A stretch of 64,000 nt of DNA from Hyalangium minutum (GCF_000737315.1 NZ_JMCB01000003.1:124001-188000); one strand, 5' to 3'. Positions 44,341 to 54,807 are shown, numbered from the stretch's first letter. Notes: generated by a model not told the origin, from the sequence alone. Program-made: numbers and translations.

Positions 44341-47070
44341 GTGAACCATCCTCTTGCCAGCCTCGTGGGACCGCTGCGCTACGCGTGCCAGCGGGACTTC
44401 GCCCAGCTCTCCACCGTGAGGGATCTGCGTGGCGTCATCGAGCGCACCCTGGCGGGGGCCTCGGGCGTGGAGCCGCGTGCCCTGTCGCTGTTGCGCGCCG
44501 CGCTGCCCCATGTGGACCACCCCCTGTTGGACCGTCGTAAGGCCGCCCTGCGGAGGGTGGTGGCGGCGCTGAAGATGGGCGGGGTGGCCCTGCCGGCCGA
44601 GCTGGAGCAGGTGATTCGCGGAGAGACGGGCGGCTTCTTGCCCGAGCCCGTGGGGGACGGCGGCGAGGCGAGGGCAGAGGCAGCCGTAGCGCCTGTGAGG
44701 CCTCCCTCGGGCAGGCAGGAGCCGGAGCGTGAGAGTCCGGCACAGCGCCCGGCGGCGGTTCCCGCTTGGAAGTCCTCAGAGCCCGTCGCGTCTCCCGCCG
44801 CGTTGAGGTTCTCTCCGGAGACTCCGGTCCGGCCTGCGGCTGCGCGGATGTCTCCTGCGGCCGAGAAGGCGGAGAAGGTCGAGAAGAAGGCCGCCCCCGC
44901 GAAGAAGCGCAAGAGCGCGCCTGGGGCAGAGGCATCCCGGGCCGAGGCGAAGCTCCTGTCCATCGCGCCGCGCTCGGGACCGCTGTCCGTTCCGCTCAAG
45001 ACGCTGGGCAAGCGGCTGGGTCCGCGTCTGCTGGGCGCCCTCAACAAGAAGGGCTTGCGCCGGGTGGGTGACATCCTCTTCCTGCTGCCGCGCTGCTACG
45101 AGGACCGGCGCCGTCTGCTGACCATCGCCGAGCTGAACCCCGGCGAGCGCGGCGTCACCGTGGGCATCGTCAAGCACGCGGACTATGCCGCCGGCCGCAA
45201 TGGCAAGCGCTACTTCAAGGCCGTCATCGCGGACCGCTCCGGCAGCATCGCCTGCACCTACTTCCACGCGGGCCCCTGGCTGAAGGCGCGCTTCACGGTG
45301 GGCAAGCGGATCGTGCTCTCGGGTGAGGTGCGCGCCTCCACCACCGGGCGCGAGATGGCCCACCCGGAGATCGAGCCTGCCGAGGACATCGAGTCCTCCT
45401 CCGTCCACTTCAGCCGCATCGTCCCGGTGTACCCAGGCTTCGAGCGGGGCGATCAGCGCTCGTTCCGCGAGGTCGCCGCTCGGGTTGCCGACTCCTACGC
45501 CCAGCACCTTGAGGAGCCTCTCCCCGAGTCTCTCCGCAAGCGGCTGGGGTTGATGACGCTCACCGAGGCCCTGCGCAGCATCCACTTCCCCCCGGATGAG
45601 TCGGACCTGGGCCTGCTCGATGCGCACCGCAGCCCCGCGCACCGGCGGCTCGCGTTCGATGAGCTGTTCTTCCTGCAGCTCGGGGTAGGGCTCAAGCGCC
45701 AAGGCGTGAAGGTGGAGAAGGGCATCGCCTTCAATGTCTCCCCCGAGCGGCTGGCACAGGCGCGGGGCGCGCTCCCGTTCCAGCTCACCGGCGCCCAGTC
45801 CCGGGTGGTCGAGCAGCTTGCCCAGGACATGGCTCGCTCCGAGCCCATGAACCGGCTCGTCCAGGGCGACGTGGGCTCTGGCAAGACGGCCGTGGCACTC
45901 GTGGCCGCGCTGGTTGCGCTGCAGGACGGCTACCAGGTGGCCGTGATGGCGCCCACGGAGATCCTCGCCGAGCAGCACGAGCGCACCTTCCAGCGCCTCC
46001 TGGAGCCGCTCGGGTTCCGGGTGGGGCTGGTCAGCGCCGCCGGTACCGCCAAGCAGAAGCGCGAGGTCCGCGAGGCCGTGGCCCGAGGGGAGATCCACCT
46101 CGCCGTGGGCACGCACGCGCTCGTCCAGGAAGAGATGTCCTTTGATCGGCTGGGGTTGGCTGTCATCGACGAGCAGCACCGCTTCGGTGTGCTCCAGCGC
46201 CACACGCTCATGAGCAAGGGCCCCAAGCCGGACGTGCTGGTGATGACCGCCACGCCCATCCCTCGCACCCTGGCGATGACGCTCTATGGAGATCTGGACG
46301 TCTCCATCATCGACGAGCTGCCCCCGGGCCGTACGCCCGTGTCCACCCGTGTCTTCAGTGAGCAGCACCGTCCTCGCGTCTACGAAGGTGTGGCCGCCGA
46401 GCTGGCCAAGGGCCACCAGGCCTACGTCGTCTATCCGCTGGTCGAGGAGTCCGAGAAGCTCGACCTGGAGGACGCCACGCGGGGCGCGGACAAGCTCCAG
46501 CAGGTGTTCCCACAGGCGCGGGTGGGCCTGCTCCACGGGCGCATGAAGCCCGAGGAGAAGGACGCCGTCATGGAGGACTTCCGCCAGAAGCGCATCCACC
46601 TCTTGGTGTGCACCACCGTGGTGGAGGTGGGCGTGGACGTGCCCAACGCCTCGGTGATGGTCATCGAGCACGCCGAGCGCTTCGGCCTCTCGCAGCTGCA
46701 CCAGTTACGCGGCCGGGTGGGGCGCGGCGCCGCCGTGAGCCACTGCTACCTCGTGGCCAGCCCGGCCCGATCCTGGGAGTCCACCGAGCGTCTGTCGGTG
46801 ATGGAGCACAGCAATGACGGCTTCGTCATCGCGGAGAAGGATCTGGAGATCCGCGGGCCCGGCGAATTCCTCGGCACGCGGCAGAGCGGAATGCCCGAGC
46901 TCGCGGTGGCCAACCTGGCGAGGGACGGGGATCTGCTCGCGGTGGCCCAGGTCGAGGCCCGGCGCATCCTGGAGGCGGATCCGCACCTGCGTGCCTCCGA
47001 TCATCAGGGGCTGGTCAAGGCGCTCGAGGAGCGGTGGGAAGGCCGGTTGGCGCTGGCCCAGGTGGGGTAG
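44341..47070 (+). CDS. recG: ATP-dependent DNA helicase RecG with N-terminal extension
   Basis: GTG start; OB wedge, RRLAFDELF, QGDVGSGKT, IDEQHRFG, TATPIPRTL and QLHQLRGRVGRG. Confidence 0.97.
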   Translation: MNHPLASLVGPLRYACQRDFAQLSTVRDLRGVIERTLAGASGVEPRALSLLRAALPHVDHPLLDRRKAALRRVVAALKMGGVALPAELEQVIRGETGGFLPEPVGDGGEARAEAAVAPVRPPSGRQEPERESPAQRPAAVPAWKSSEPVASPAALRFSPETPVRPAAARMSPAAEKAEKVEKKAAPAKKRKSAPGAEASRAEAKLLSIAPRSGPLSVPLKTLGKRLGPRLLGALNKKGLRRVGDILFLLPRCYEDRRRLLTIAELNPGERGVTVGIVKHADYAAGRNGKRYFKAVIADRSGSIACTYFHAGPWLKARFTVGKRIVLSGEVRASTTGREMAHPEIEPAEDIESSSVHFSRIVPVYPGFERGDQRSFREVAARVADSYAQHLEEPLPESLRKRLGLMTLTEALRSIHFPPDESDLGLLDAHRSPAHRRLAFDELFFLQLGVGLKRQGVKVEKGIAFNVSPERLAQARGALPFQLTGAQSRVVEQLAQDMARSEPMNRLVQGDVGSGKTAVALVAALVALQDGYQVAVMAPTEILAEQHERTFQRLLEPLGFRVGLVSAAGTAKQKREVREAVARGEIHLAVGTHALVQEEMSFDRLGLAVIDEQHRFGVLQRHTLMSKGPKPDVLVMTATPIPRTLAMTLYGDLDVSIIDELPPGRTPVSTRVFSEQHRPRVYEGVAAELAKGHQAYVVYPLVEESEKLDLEDATRGADKLQQVFPQARVGLLHGRMKPEEKDAVMEDFRQKRIHLLVCTTVVEVGVDVPNASVMVIEHAERFGLSQLHQLRGRVGRGAAVSHCYLVASPARSWESTERLSVMEHSNDGFVIAEKDLEIRGPGEFLGTRQSGMPELAVANLARDGDLLAVAQVEARRILEADPHLRASDHQGLVKALEERWEGRLALAQVG

Positions 47071-47124
47071 CCGCCTGCCAGGACCCACGCACCGTGGCTA
47101 GATTCCCAGGAGCGGGGTGCGGCC

Positions 47125-47760
47125 ATGGGTGACTTGGAGCTCGCGGACTTCCTGGAGCGGCAGGGGATCCGAGATCGGCGGGTGCTCGATGCAATCCGGC
47201 GCTTGAGCCGGGCGGACTTCGTTCCGGAGACCGCGCGCGATGCCGCCACCCAGGACTCCCCGTTGTCCATTGGTCATGGGCAGACCATCAGCCAGCCCTA
47301 CATCGTGGCGCTCATGTCCCAAGCCCTCGAGCTGCAGGGACACGAGCGGGTGCTGGAGATCGGCACCGGCTCGGGCTACCAGACAGCCGTCCTGGCGCTC
47401 CTGTGTCGGGAAGTGTACTCCGTGGAGATCGTGCCCTCGCTCGCCCGCTCGTCGAGGAAGCTGCTGAGGCAGTTGGGCTTCGAGAACGTCTATCTGCGGC
47501 TGGGGGATGGCACGCAGGGGTGGCCCGAAGCCGCGCCCTTTGACGCCACTATCGGCACGGCGGCTCCCGAGGCCGTACCTCCCAAGCTGCTCGGGCAGCT
47601 TCGGCCCGGGGGGCGCATGGTCATCCCGGTGGGTTCCCAGGGGCAGAGCCAGGAACTGCTGCGAATCACCCGCGCCCGGCAAGGCGGTGTCCCCCGGGTC
47701 GAGCACCTGCTCCCCGTGCGGTTCGTGCCGATGACGGGGGAGGCCTTGAACCCGGGGTAG
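47125..47760 (+). CDS. pcm: Protein-L-isoaspartate O-methyltransferase
   Basis: GQTISQPYIVA, VLEIGTGSGYQ and GWPEAAPFD. Confidence 0.95.
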   Translation: MGDLELADFLERQGIRDRRVLDAIRRLSRADFVPETARDAATQDSPLSIGHGQTISQPYIVALMSQALELQGHERVLEIGTGSGYQTAVLALLCREVYSVEIVPSLARSSRKLLRQLGFENVYLRLGDGTQGWPEAAPFDATIGTAAPEAVPPKLLGQLRPGGRMVIPVGSQGQSQELLRITRARQGGVPRVEHLLPVRFVPMTGEALNPG

Positions 47761-47807
47761 AGCACTGTGCGTTGCCCCCGGGCGCCTCGGCCCGTTAACG
47801 TGCGCTC

Positions 47808-48389
47808 ATGATCATCTGCCCGGTGTGTGAGCACCAGCAGGCCCAAGGGGACGAGTGCGACAACTGTGGCAAGAAGCTCCAGGTGCCCAGAGCCGCCGCC
47901 GCCGTGGCCGTGCAAACCCTCCCTGAACTCGAGCAGACCCTCCACGCGGGTGGGCGTGTGGCGGTCGATGCCCCTCTTATTCCCGAACTGGACTCGACCC
48001 GCCAGAAGGCCGGGCCGGACCTGCCCGTCCAGGTGGTGCAGGACATGGAGACCACCCGCGCGGCGCCCATCGACAAGGTGAGCGTCGAGGCCGTGACGGA
48101 CCTGGACACGGGCCGCGCGGCGGATGACGGGGTTCGCACGGCGGCGCCCACGGGCGCAGTGGTGTGCCGGTACTGCCGCAACGTCCAGGCCGATGGCATT
48201 GTGTGCGACAAGTGCGGCATGCGGCTGCCCAAGGCCCGTCCTGCCCCGCAGGCCGCGGCGAAGGGGGCTGGGGCCTCCGCGTCGGCGGAGGATCTGACGT
48301 GGATGCCGTGCCAGAAGTGCCGGACGCCCACCCGGCCCAACAAGATCTGCTCGGTCTGTGGCACGCGCGTGGTAGCAGTCGACGCATGA
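47808..48389 (+). CDS. Multi-zinc-ribbon protein with internal repeats
   Basis: Six CxxC motifs forming three ribbons (CPVC/CDNC, CRYC/CDKC, CQKC/CSVC). Confidence 0.8.
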   Translation: MIICPVCEHQQAQGDECDNCGKKLQVPRAAAAVAVQTLPELEQTLHAGGRVAVDAPLIPELDSTRQKAGPDLPVQVVQDMETTRAAPIDKVSVEAVTDLDTGRAADDGVRTAAPTGAVVCRYCRNVQADGIVCDKCGMRLPKARPAPQAAAKGAGASASAEDLTWMPCQKCRTPTRPNKICSVCGTRVVAVDA

Positions 48390-49726
48390 GCACTCAGCCG
48401 AGTTCCGGTTTCCGCGCGGAGTACGCCTGCAGCGAGGGCTGCGGCTTCCGCGCATCCTTGTGGGAAGTCATCTACCGCTGCCCGAAGTGCGGCTCGCTGC
48501 TGGAGGTGGCGCACGATCTGGAGGCGCTGCGCTCGGTGCCGGCGGCGGAGTGGAAGCGCCGCTTCGAGTCACGGTTCGGGTCCGCGCGGCTGCCGAATGC
48601 CTCGGGCGTGTGGGGCAAGCACGAGTGGGTGTGCCCCGAGCTGCCCGTGGAGGACATCGTCTCGCTGGGCGAGGGCCGGGTGCCGCTCATGCCGCTGCGG
48701 CGGATGGCCTCCGAGCTGGGGCTGGCGAGCCTGGAGCTCAAGGAGTGCGGCGTCTCGCCGACGGGGAGCTTCAAGGACTGGGGCATGACGGTGCTGGTGT
48801 CCGCGGTGAAGCACCTGCGGGCCCGGGGCGTGCCCATCCGCGCGGTGGCATGCGCGTCCACGGGAGACACCTCGGCGGCGCTGTCCGCGTACGCGGCGGC
48901 GGCGGGGATCCCCTCGGTGGTGTTCCTGCCCAAGGACAAGGTGTCGCTGGCACAGCTGGTGCAGCCCATCGCCAACGGGGCGAAGGTGCTCTCGCTGGAC
49001 ACGGACTTCGACGGCTGCATGAAGCTGGTGCAGCAGGTGACGGAGGACCGGGGGCTGTATCTGGCCAACTCGATGAACTCGCTGCGCATCGAGGGCCAGA
49101 AAGTGGTCGCCATGGAGCTGTGCCAGGACCTGGACTGGGAGCCGCCGGACTGGGTGGTGATCCCTGGCGGCAACCTGGGCAACGCGAGCGCCCTGGGCAA
49201 GGGCTTCCAGATGCTGAAGGCCATGGGGCTGATCTCCCGGCTGCCGCGGATCGCGGTGGCGCAGGCGCAGCGGGCCAACCCGCTGTTCCGGGCCTTCCGT
49301 GGCGGATTCCAGGAACTGCTGCCGATGAAGGCGGAGAAGACGCTGGCCTCGGCGATCCAGATTGGCAATCCGGTGTCGTTCCGGCGGGCGGTGCGGACGT
49401 TGCAGGCGTTCGACGGGGTGGTGGAGGAGGCCACGGAGTCCGAGCTGGCGAACGCAGCGGCCCGGGCCGATCGCGAGGGCACCTTCACCTGCCCGCACAC
49501 GGGCGTGGCGCTGGCGGCGGTGGAGAAGCTGGTGGCCCAAGGGGTGATCGCCAAGGGCTCGCGGGTGGCGGTGGTGTCCACGGCGCACGGACTGAAGTTC
49601 GCGGACTTCAAGGTGGGGTACCACCGGGGCACGCTGGCGGACGTGGAGAGCCGGCGGGCCAATCCCCCAGTGGAGCTGCCGGCGGAGCTGGGGGCAGTCC
49701 GCAAGGCCCTGGAATCTCTGGGTTAG
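48386..49726 (+). CDS. thrC: Threonine synthase
   Basis: ATGA overlap with the upstream gene. SPTGSFKDWGM (PLP Lys), ASTGDTSAA, NSMNSLRIEGQK and PGGNLGN. Confidence 0.95.
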   Translation: MSTQPSSGFRAEYACSEGCGFRASLWEVIYRCPKCGSLLEVAHDLEALRSVPAAEWKRRFESRFGSARLPNASGVWGKHEWVCPELPVEDIVSLGEGRVPLMPLRRMASELGLASLELKECGVSPTGSFKDWGMTVLVSAVKHLRARGVPIRAVACASTGDTSAALSAYAAAAGIPSVVFLPKDKVSLAQLVQPIANGAKVLSLDTDFDGCMKLVQQVTEDRGLYLANSMNSLRIEGQKVVAMELCQDLDWEPPDWVVIPGGNLGNASALGKGFQMLKAMGLISRLPRIAVAQAQRANPLFRAFRGGFQELLPMKAEKTLASAIQIGNPVSFRRAVRTLQAFDGVVEEATESELANAAARADREGTFTCPHTGVALAAVEKLVAQGVIAKGSRVAVVSTAHGLKFADFKVGYHRGTLADVESRRANPPVELPAELGAVRKALESLG

Positions 49727-49801
49727 GGCCGCAGGGAAGGCGGGGCAGGGGCGCGCGGGCGGCTCGACGCCGGGCCGAGGCTGCGCTATGTCCCCGGCCC
49801 C

Positions 49802-50143
49802 GTGAACGCCCCTACCTCCGATGAGTTGCGCTCTCAGCATGAGCGCCTTCAGGCCAGCCTGGCCACGCGCCAGAGCGTCCTGCACTTCGCCCACACGGGC
49901 GTGTCGATCCTCGTGGCGATGATCCTCTCGGGGGCGGCGGCCAAGCTGTTCTGGGACTCGTCGAAGGTGCCGTACCTGGGCTTCGCGGTGGTCGCCGTGG
50001 TGCTGGGATTGGTGAGCTACAGCGTGGTGCACTACCGCAAGGGGCGCCGGGAACTGGCCGAGGAGCTGAAGCGCTACGGCGATCTGCTGGAGCTGCGCCG
50101 CCAGCTGCAACTGGACAACCCCTCGAAGCTGCTGCCCCGGTGA
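49802..50143 (+). CDS. Small two-TM hypothetical membrane protein
   Basis: GTG start, two hydrophobic segments and GTGA coupling to tmk. Confidence 0.75.
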   Translation: MNAPTSDELRSQHERLQASLATRQSVLHFAHTGVSILVAMILSGAAAKLFWDSSKVPYLGFAVVAVVLGLVSYSVVHYRKGRRELAEELKRYGDLLELRRQLQLDNPSKLLPR

Positions 50144-50805
50144 GCGCGCTCCGCAGAAAGGCCGCGGGGCGCGGGCGTTTCCTCGTCCTGGAGGGACTGG
50201 ACGGCGCGGGGACCACGACGCAAGCCGAGCGGCTTGCGGCGGCCCTGCGCGCGGACGGGCACTCGGTGATGACGACGCGGGAGCCCTCGGATGGGCCCAT
50301 TGGGACGCTGATCCGTCAGGCGCTCACGGGGCGATTGGTACTGCCCGGGGGCGCGGGCCCGCTGGCGCAGGAGACGCTGGCGCTGCTCTACGCGGCGGAC
50401 CGGACGGATCACCTGAAGGCGAGGGTGCTGCCGGCGCTGGAGGCAGGGCAGATCGTCATCAGCGATCGGTACGTGCTGTCCTCGCTGGCGTACCAGGGCG
50501 CGAGCTTGTCCATGGCGTGGGTGGAGGCGGCGAACGGGTACGCGGTGCCGCCGGATCTCACGCTGTTCGTGCACGTGTCTCCAGCGGTGGCGGCACAGCG
50601 GCGGGCGGCGCGGGGAGGGGCGAAGGAACTGTTCGAGGAGGACGCGCTCCAGCGGCGGATTGCCCGCCAGTACGAAGAGGCGATCCGCCGGCGCGAGGCG
50701 CAGGAGAAGATCGTCCGGATCGACGGCGAGCAATCCGTGGAGGCCGTGACGGAGGCCTGCCTGGCGGAGATCCGCAAACTGTTCGGGCGCAAGCGCGCGC
50801 GCTGA
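50140..50805 (+). CDS. tmk: Thymidylate kinase
   Basis: EGLDGAGTTTQ P-loop, TREP, LLYAADR and SDRYVLSSLAYQG. Confidence 0.95.
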   Translation: MSALRRKAAGRGRFLVLEGLDGAGTTTQAERLAAALRADGHSVMTTREPSDGPIGTLIRQALTGRLVLPGGAGPLAQETLALLYAADRTDHLKARVLPALEAGQIVISDRYVLSSLAYQGASLSMAWVEAANGYAVPPDLTLFVHVSPAVAAQRRAARGGAKELFEEDALQRRIARQYEEAIRRREAQEKIVRIDGEQSVEAVTEACLAEIRKLFGRKRAR

Positions 50806-50808
50806 GGG

Positions 50809-53597
50809 CTAAGGCAGCCGGAGCTGGAGCACCACGGTGATGTAGGTGGGCCCCACTTTGGTGATCTCGTAGTTCACGGTTCCCTGGTGCCGGACGGCGA
50901 CCCAGAACGAGGTGCCGTCGGCGGAGCTCATCAGTGGCGTGGCCTTGTTGCCCAGCAGATCGCCTCCGTAGGTGAAGAAGTAGGAGGGATCGTTGATCCG
51001 TCCATACTCGAGCCCCGCGTTGTAGCTGGGCCGGACAGAGATCGTCCCCGAGGCCGTCGAGGTGAGGGCGAAGTGGCCGGCCCGCAGGTCGAGGTTGGAG
51101 ACTGGTGTCGCGGCCAGCGGCCGCCCGTCCAGCGCATGCTCGGCGAGGAAGTAGGCCTGTGCATTGAACGGCACGTAGCCGTTGCCGATGTCCAGGTACC
51201 CTTCGGTGGGGTGCCAGAGGGAGAGGACCCGATCCGGTCCGAGGACGATCGCCGTGAGGACTCCGCCCCTGACGGTCTGGGTGCCTGTGGGTGCGCCGTC
51301 CTGGAAGAGCGTGAGCGTGGAGAGCGCAACGGTGTTGAAAGGGTTGGGGAGTGCCACGGTCGCGCGCCCGTTCGCCAGGGCGAGCCCCGCAGTGCCCGCT
51401 GCCGCCGCGTCCGCTTGTAAGCCCCGGAAGAGCACACTCCCTGTGGAGTTCCGATAGACGAACAGGTTGAACGCGGAGACGCCCAGCGAGCCGAAGCCGT
51501 TGACGTTCGAGAGCACCAGGCCCGCCGTGTCATCGTTGCCCACGGCGGCGGCCATCAGCTGGGTCCCGGAGGGCACATCGGCGAGGCGCTCCAGGGCCTG
51601 GAAGCTCCCGTTGGCATAGTGGGCGAGGACCAGGACGGGCGCGGAGTTGCTGCCCACCGTGCCGCTGGGGAAGCTCAGAGAGCGATCGGCATAGAAGAGC
51701 GCGGAGGTCGTTCCATTGGACTGGATCCCGATCGCAACAGGGGTCATGGGCACGGTCGCGGCCCACACCTGCCCATTGGCTTCACGGACCGCGAGCACCT
51801 CTCCGGACGGGAGGGTGGCCACCGTGCCGCCGAAGGAGATGTCGCCATTGGTGGTGGCGATGATCGCGACGCGGCCATCGCGGGCGGCGAACCGGTTCAC
51901 CCCGACGGTCGATCCATTGGCGGTGGTGATCGGGAGGACGGCAGCCACGGGCGTGTGCCGGAACCGGATAGAGGCCGGGGTCGTGGGGCCTGCGGGCACG
52001 TCGAACCAGATGTATCCATAAAGGGACAAGAAGGGCTCGTAGCCGGGGTATTGCTCCAGCACGCTGCGAGCGTCGGGCTCGAAGAAGAGCTGGTGGCGTG
52101 AGCCGACTGGGAGCTCGACGGTGCAGGTGGAGGTGCAGTCGATGGTGCCATCCGCCGAGCGCACCCTGCCGCCGCCGGTCCCCCCGAAAGTGAAGGTGAT
52201 GGTCGTCCGCTCGCGGACGAACTGCGCGTCGGGCGGCCGGATGAAGACGCGATGGCCATCCCACGCGGCGGCGATCGTGCCGTCCGGGCCCACAGCGGCA
52301 GTGGGGTGATAGAAGGGGTCTGGGCTGGGACTTCCGCCCTCGGGGCCAGACTGCTCGGGGTTGATCAGCTCCGAGCGGAGGCTGCCGTCGCGAGCCACCT
52401 CCGTGAGTGCAAGCGGTGGGTGGCGTCCCTTGTAGAGCCCGTGGACGACTCGCAGGGGCCCATCGTCGCGCGTGGCGATGCGAGGGTAGGCGATGGGGCC
52501 CAGCTCGTACGAGGTCCAGGCGGTCCCGTCATACACGCCATAGATTCCGCGGCCGCTGATGACGTATCCGCCCAGGCCATCCGGGTTGCTGCCGATCTCG
52601 TCATAGACGTACGTGACGTGGACCTGACCGCGCCCGTCCACTCTCACGCTGCCGCCGAAGCCCGCGGCCACTCCGTCCTTCGGGAGAGGGATGAGCTCGA
52701 AGCCTCCGGCCCGTTGGTAGAAGACCTTCTGGTACGACTCCACGAGCAGCACCAGGTTGCCATTCGCATCCAGGGTGCCGTCCACCATCCGCGCGGACAG
52801 GGGCTCTCCCGTCATCAGGGCTGGCAAGGCCACGCGGCTCCAAGCGCCGGAGTCGCGGCGGTAGAGCTCCACCTCTCCGTTGGTCCTGTTGACGAGGACA
52901 TGAGGCAGGCCGTTGTGCAGGAGCACGCGCATCTCGTAGACGGGGTTGCCCTGTCCGGCGACGCGCTCTTCGGTCCATTCGCTTCGGCCTCCCAGGGGAC
53001 GGGAGCGGTAGAAGAGCTCGTAGGAGCTCTGGGCGAGATAGGCGAAGTGGAGGGTGGTCTCATCCACGGCCATGCCCGAGTTGCGGAAGGCGGGCAGGGG
53101 AGACAGCACCGGCTCACACGCGCCCGTGAAGCGGCTGTACGTGGCTGGGGCGATGGGGTTGGAACCACAGGAGAGGCTTCCGCCGCTGACGGAGGTGGCC
53201 GCATGGACACCGCCCCGGGCATCCACCGCCAACGAGGTGGCACCGGAGAGAAATGCGGAGCAAAGCAGTCCCGGCACCTCGAAGTAGCCGTGGGAGAGGG
53301 CGGAGGAAGCGCACGTGGCGGACCAGGAGAAGGAGCGGCTGCCGGAGGTGGCCTGGGTGGACTGGAGCTTGAGTTCTCCTTGGCGAGTGAGTGCGAGGAT
53401 GCGCGTGCGCAACTGGGTGCCAGGAGGCGTCTTCGAGTCCCGGATCACGGTCTGTAGCAGCTCGCCGTTGTTCACCTCGAAGGTGGCGATCTGGGCGGCT
53501 TCCCCCAAGGAGCCGCGCGTGCCCACATAGCCGAGCCCTTGCAGTCACAGGCCGAGGCAGCCAGGGAAAGGAGCACACCCAGGAGCAATGAGCGCAA
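50809..53597 (-). pseudogene. Large extracellular lipoprotein (beta-propeller-like regions plus InlB-B/Flg_new-like domain) split by a 1-nt frameshift near the 5' end
   Basis: SD GGAGG (53608-53604), then TTG 53597 encodes MRSLLLGVLLSLAASAC (lipobox). That frame stops after 41 codons. The 905-aa ORF (50809-53526) is in another frame, and one extra G in the run at 53536-53538 would join the two. Confidence 0.7.
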
Positions 53598-53629
53598 GAA
53601 GGACCTCCTGTTGGGGGGATCTCTTCATA

Positions 53630-53642
53630 GCACTCTGAGTGC
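53630..53642. promoter_or_regulatory. Perfect palindrome in the divergent intergenic region
   Basis: GCACTC-T-GAGTGC lies between two divergent lipoprotein genes. Confidence 0.3.
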
Positions 53643-53692
53643 GTCCTGGTGGGAGGTCAGGTACGCTCGTGGTCGCTCATCCGCGAGGGCTC

Positions 53693-53908
53693 ATGAACCT
53701 GCGTGCAAAGCTGGTGCTTGGGGGCCTGTTGGTTGTCGGGACAGGCTGTCCGCATGACTGGATGAAGGGGGGCACCAACGATCGGGCCATGGCCAAGGAC
53801 ATGCGGGAGATGCTGGAGGATGACGAGGAGTGTCCTGAGGGAAAGACCCTGCGGGCAGATTGCGTGAACACGCTTCCTGACGGTTCCTGCCGGGTGACAT
53901 GTCAGTGA
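53693..53908 (+). CDS. Small (71 aa) lipoprotein with four additional Cys
   Basis: ATG 53693; MNLRAKLVLGGLLVVGTGC lipobox; C-terminal CPEG..DC..SC..TC. Confidence 0.75.
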   Translation: MNLRAKLVLGGLLVVGTGCPHDWMKGGTNDRAMAKDMREMLEDDEECPEGKTLRADCVNTLPDGSCRVTCQ

Positions 53909-54795
53909 GCGGCCGCACGTGGCCGGTATGGGTGGGGGCTCTCCTGCTGCCTGTGCCGCTCGTCTTGTTGGTGAGCCAGGTGTTCCACGCTGGATTCAGA
54001 TCAGGTGGTGCAGGGGATGAGCGCTTCAGCCCCGTGCTGTCTCTGGAAGAGAAACGAAGACTGCTGACCTTCGATCACACCTGCCAAGGCAGCGAAGATT
54101 GCGAGTCCCCCCTCGGCTGCCTTCAGGATTTCAGGCGATTCAATCTGAGCGTGTGCATCAGCAGTGAGTGTGAAGTGGATACCCAATGTCCTGAGGGCCA
54201 AGCGTGCAGAGCATTCAAGACGCAAGGGGACGGACCTCTGGTTCGCTTGTGTGTAGCAACAGGCACACGCAGGGAAGGCCAGGGCTGCAGCCGTCTCCCC
54301 AACAGGCAGGATCAAGCTTGTGAGCAGGGACTGCTCTGCAACAAGGGGTACTGCGGGCGACCGTGCCAGCCAGGAACCTCGGACGGCTGCCCGAACGGTT
54401 TCGTCTGCGGGGAAGGTCCTGAGTTCGCTTCGTGCCTGCCTGCATGCGAGGAGGGGCAGTGCCCTCAGGGACAAGAATGCGTTCCCTTCGAGGGGCGTTT
54501 CGCGGTCTGTGCCCGAGTGGTTGGAGACAACTGCAGGAGGGCTCCGTGTCCTCAGGGCCAGGAGTGCCGGATCGGTCAAGCCCCAGGGGAGGGGGACAGA
54601 GTGACGATGGAATGCCTCACTCCGTGCGACGCTCGGGAGCGCCCATGCCCAGCGGGTTCTGCTTGCTTCTTTGGGTACTGTGGACGCGTTTGCGATCCGA
54701 AGAGTGAGGGGGCTTGCGGTCCACGTGAGTTCTGCAACCTGCACATGAACCCCACCTCCCGCGAGAAGTTCTGGTTCTGCAGCCCCCAGCAGTAG
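53905..54795 (+). CDS. Membrane-anchored Cys-rich repeat protein (32 Cys)
   Basis: GTGA overlap with the small lipoprotein stop (ATG 53899 also possible). N-terminal TM, then repeated CxxxxxCPxGxxC units. Lower GC than the flanks. Confidence 0.8.
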   Translation: MSGRTWPVWVGALLLPVPLVLLVSQVFHAGFRSGGAGDERFSPVLSLEEKRRLLTFDHTCQGSEDCESPLGCLQDFRRFNLSVCISSECEVDTQCPEGQACRAFKTQGDGPLVRLCVATGTRREGQGCSRLPNRQDQACEQGLLCNKGYCGRPCQPGTSDGCPNGFVCGEGPEFASCLPACEEGQCPQGQECVPFEGRFAVCARVVGDNCRRAPCPQGQECRIGQAPGEGDRVTMECLTPCDARERPCPAGSACFFGYCGRVCDPKSEGACGPREFCNLHMNPTSREKFWFCSPQQ

Positions 54796-54807
54796 AGTCT
54801 GGTGCCC

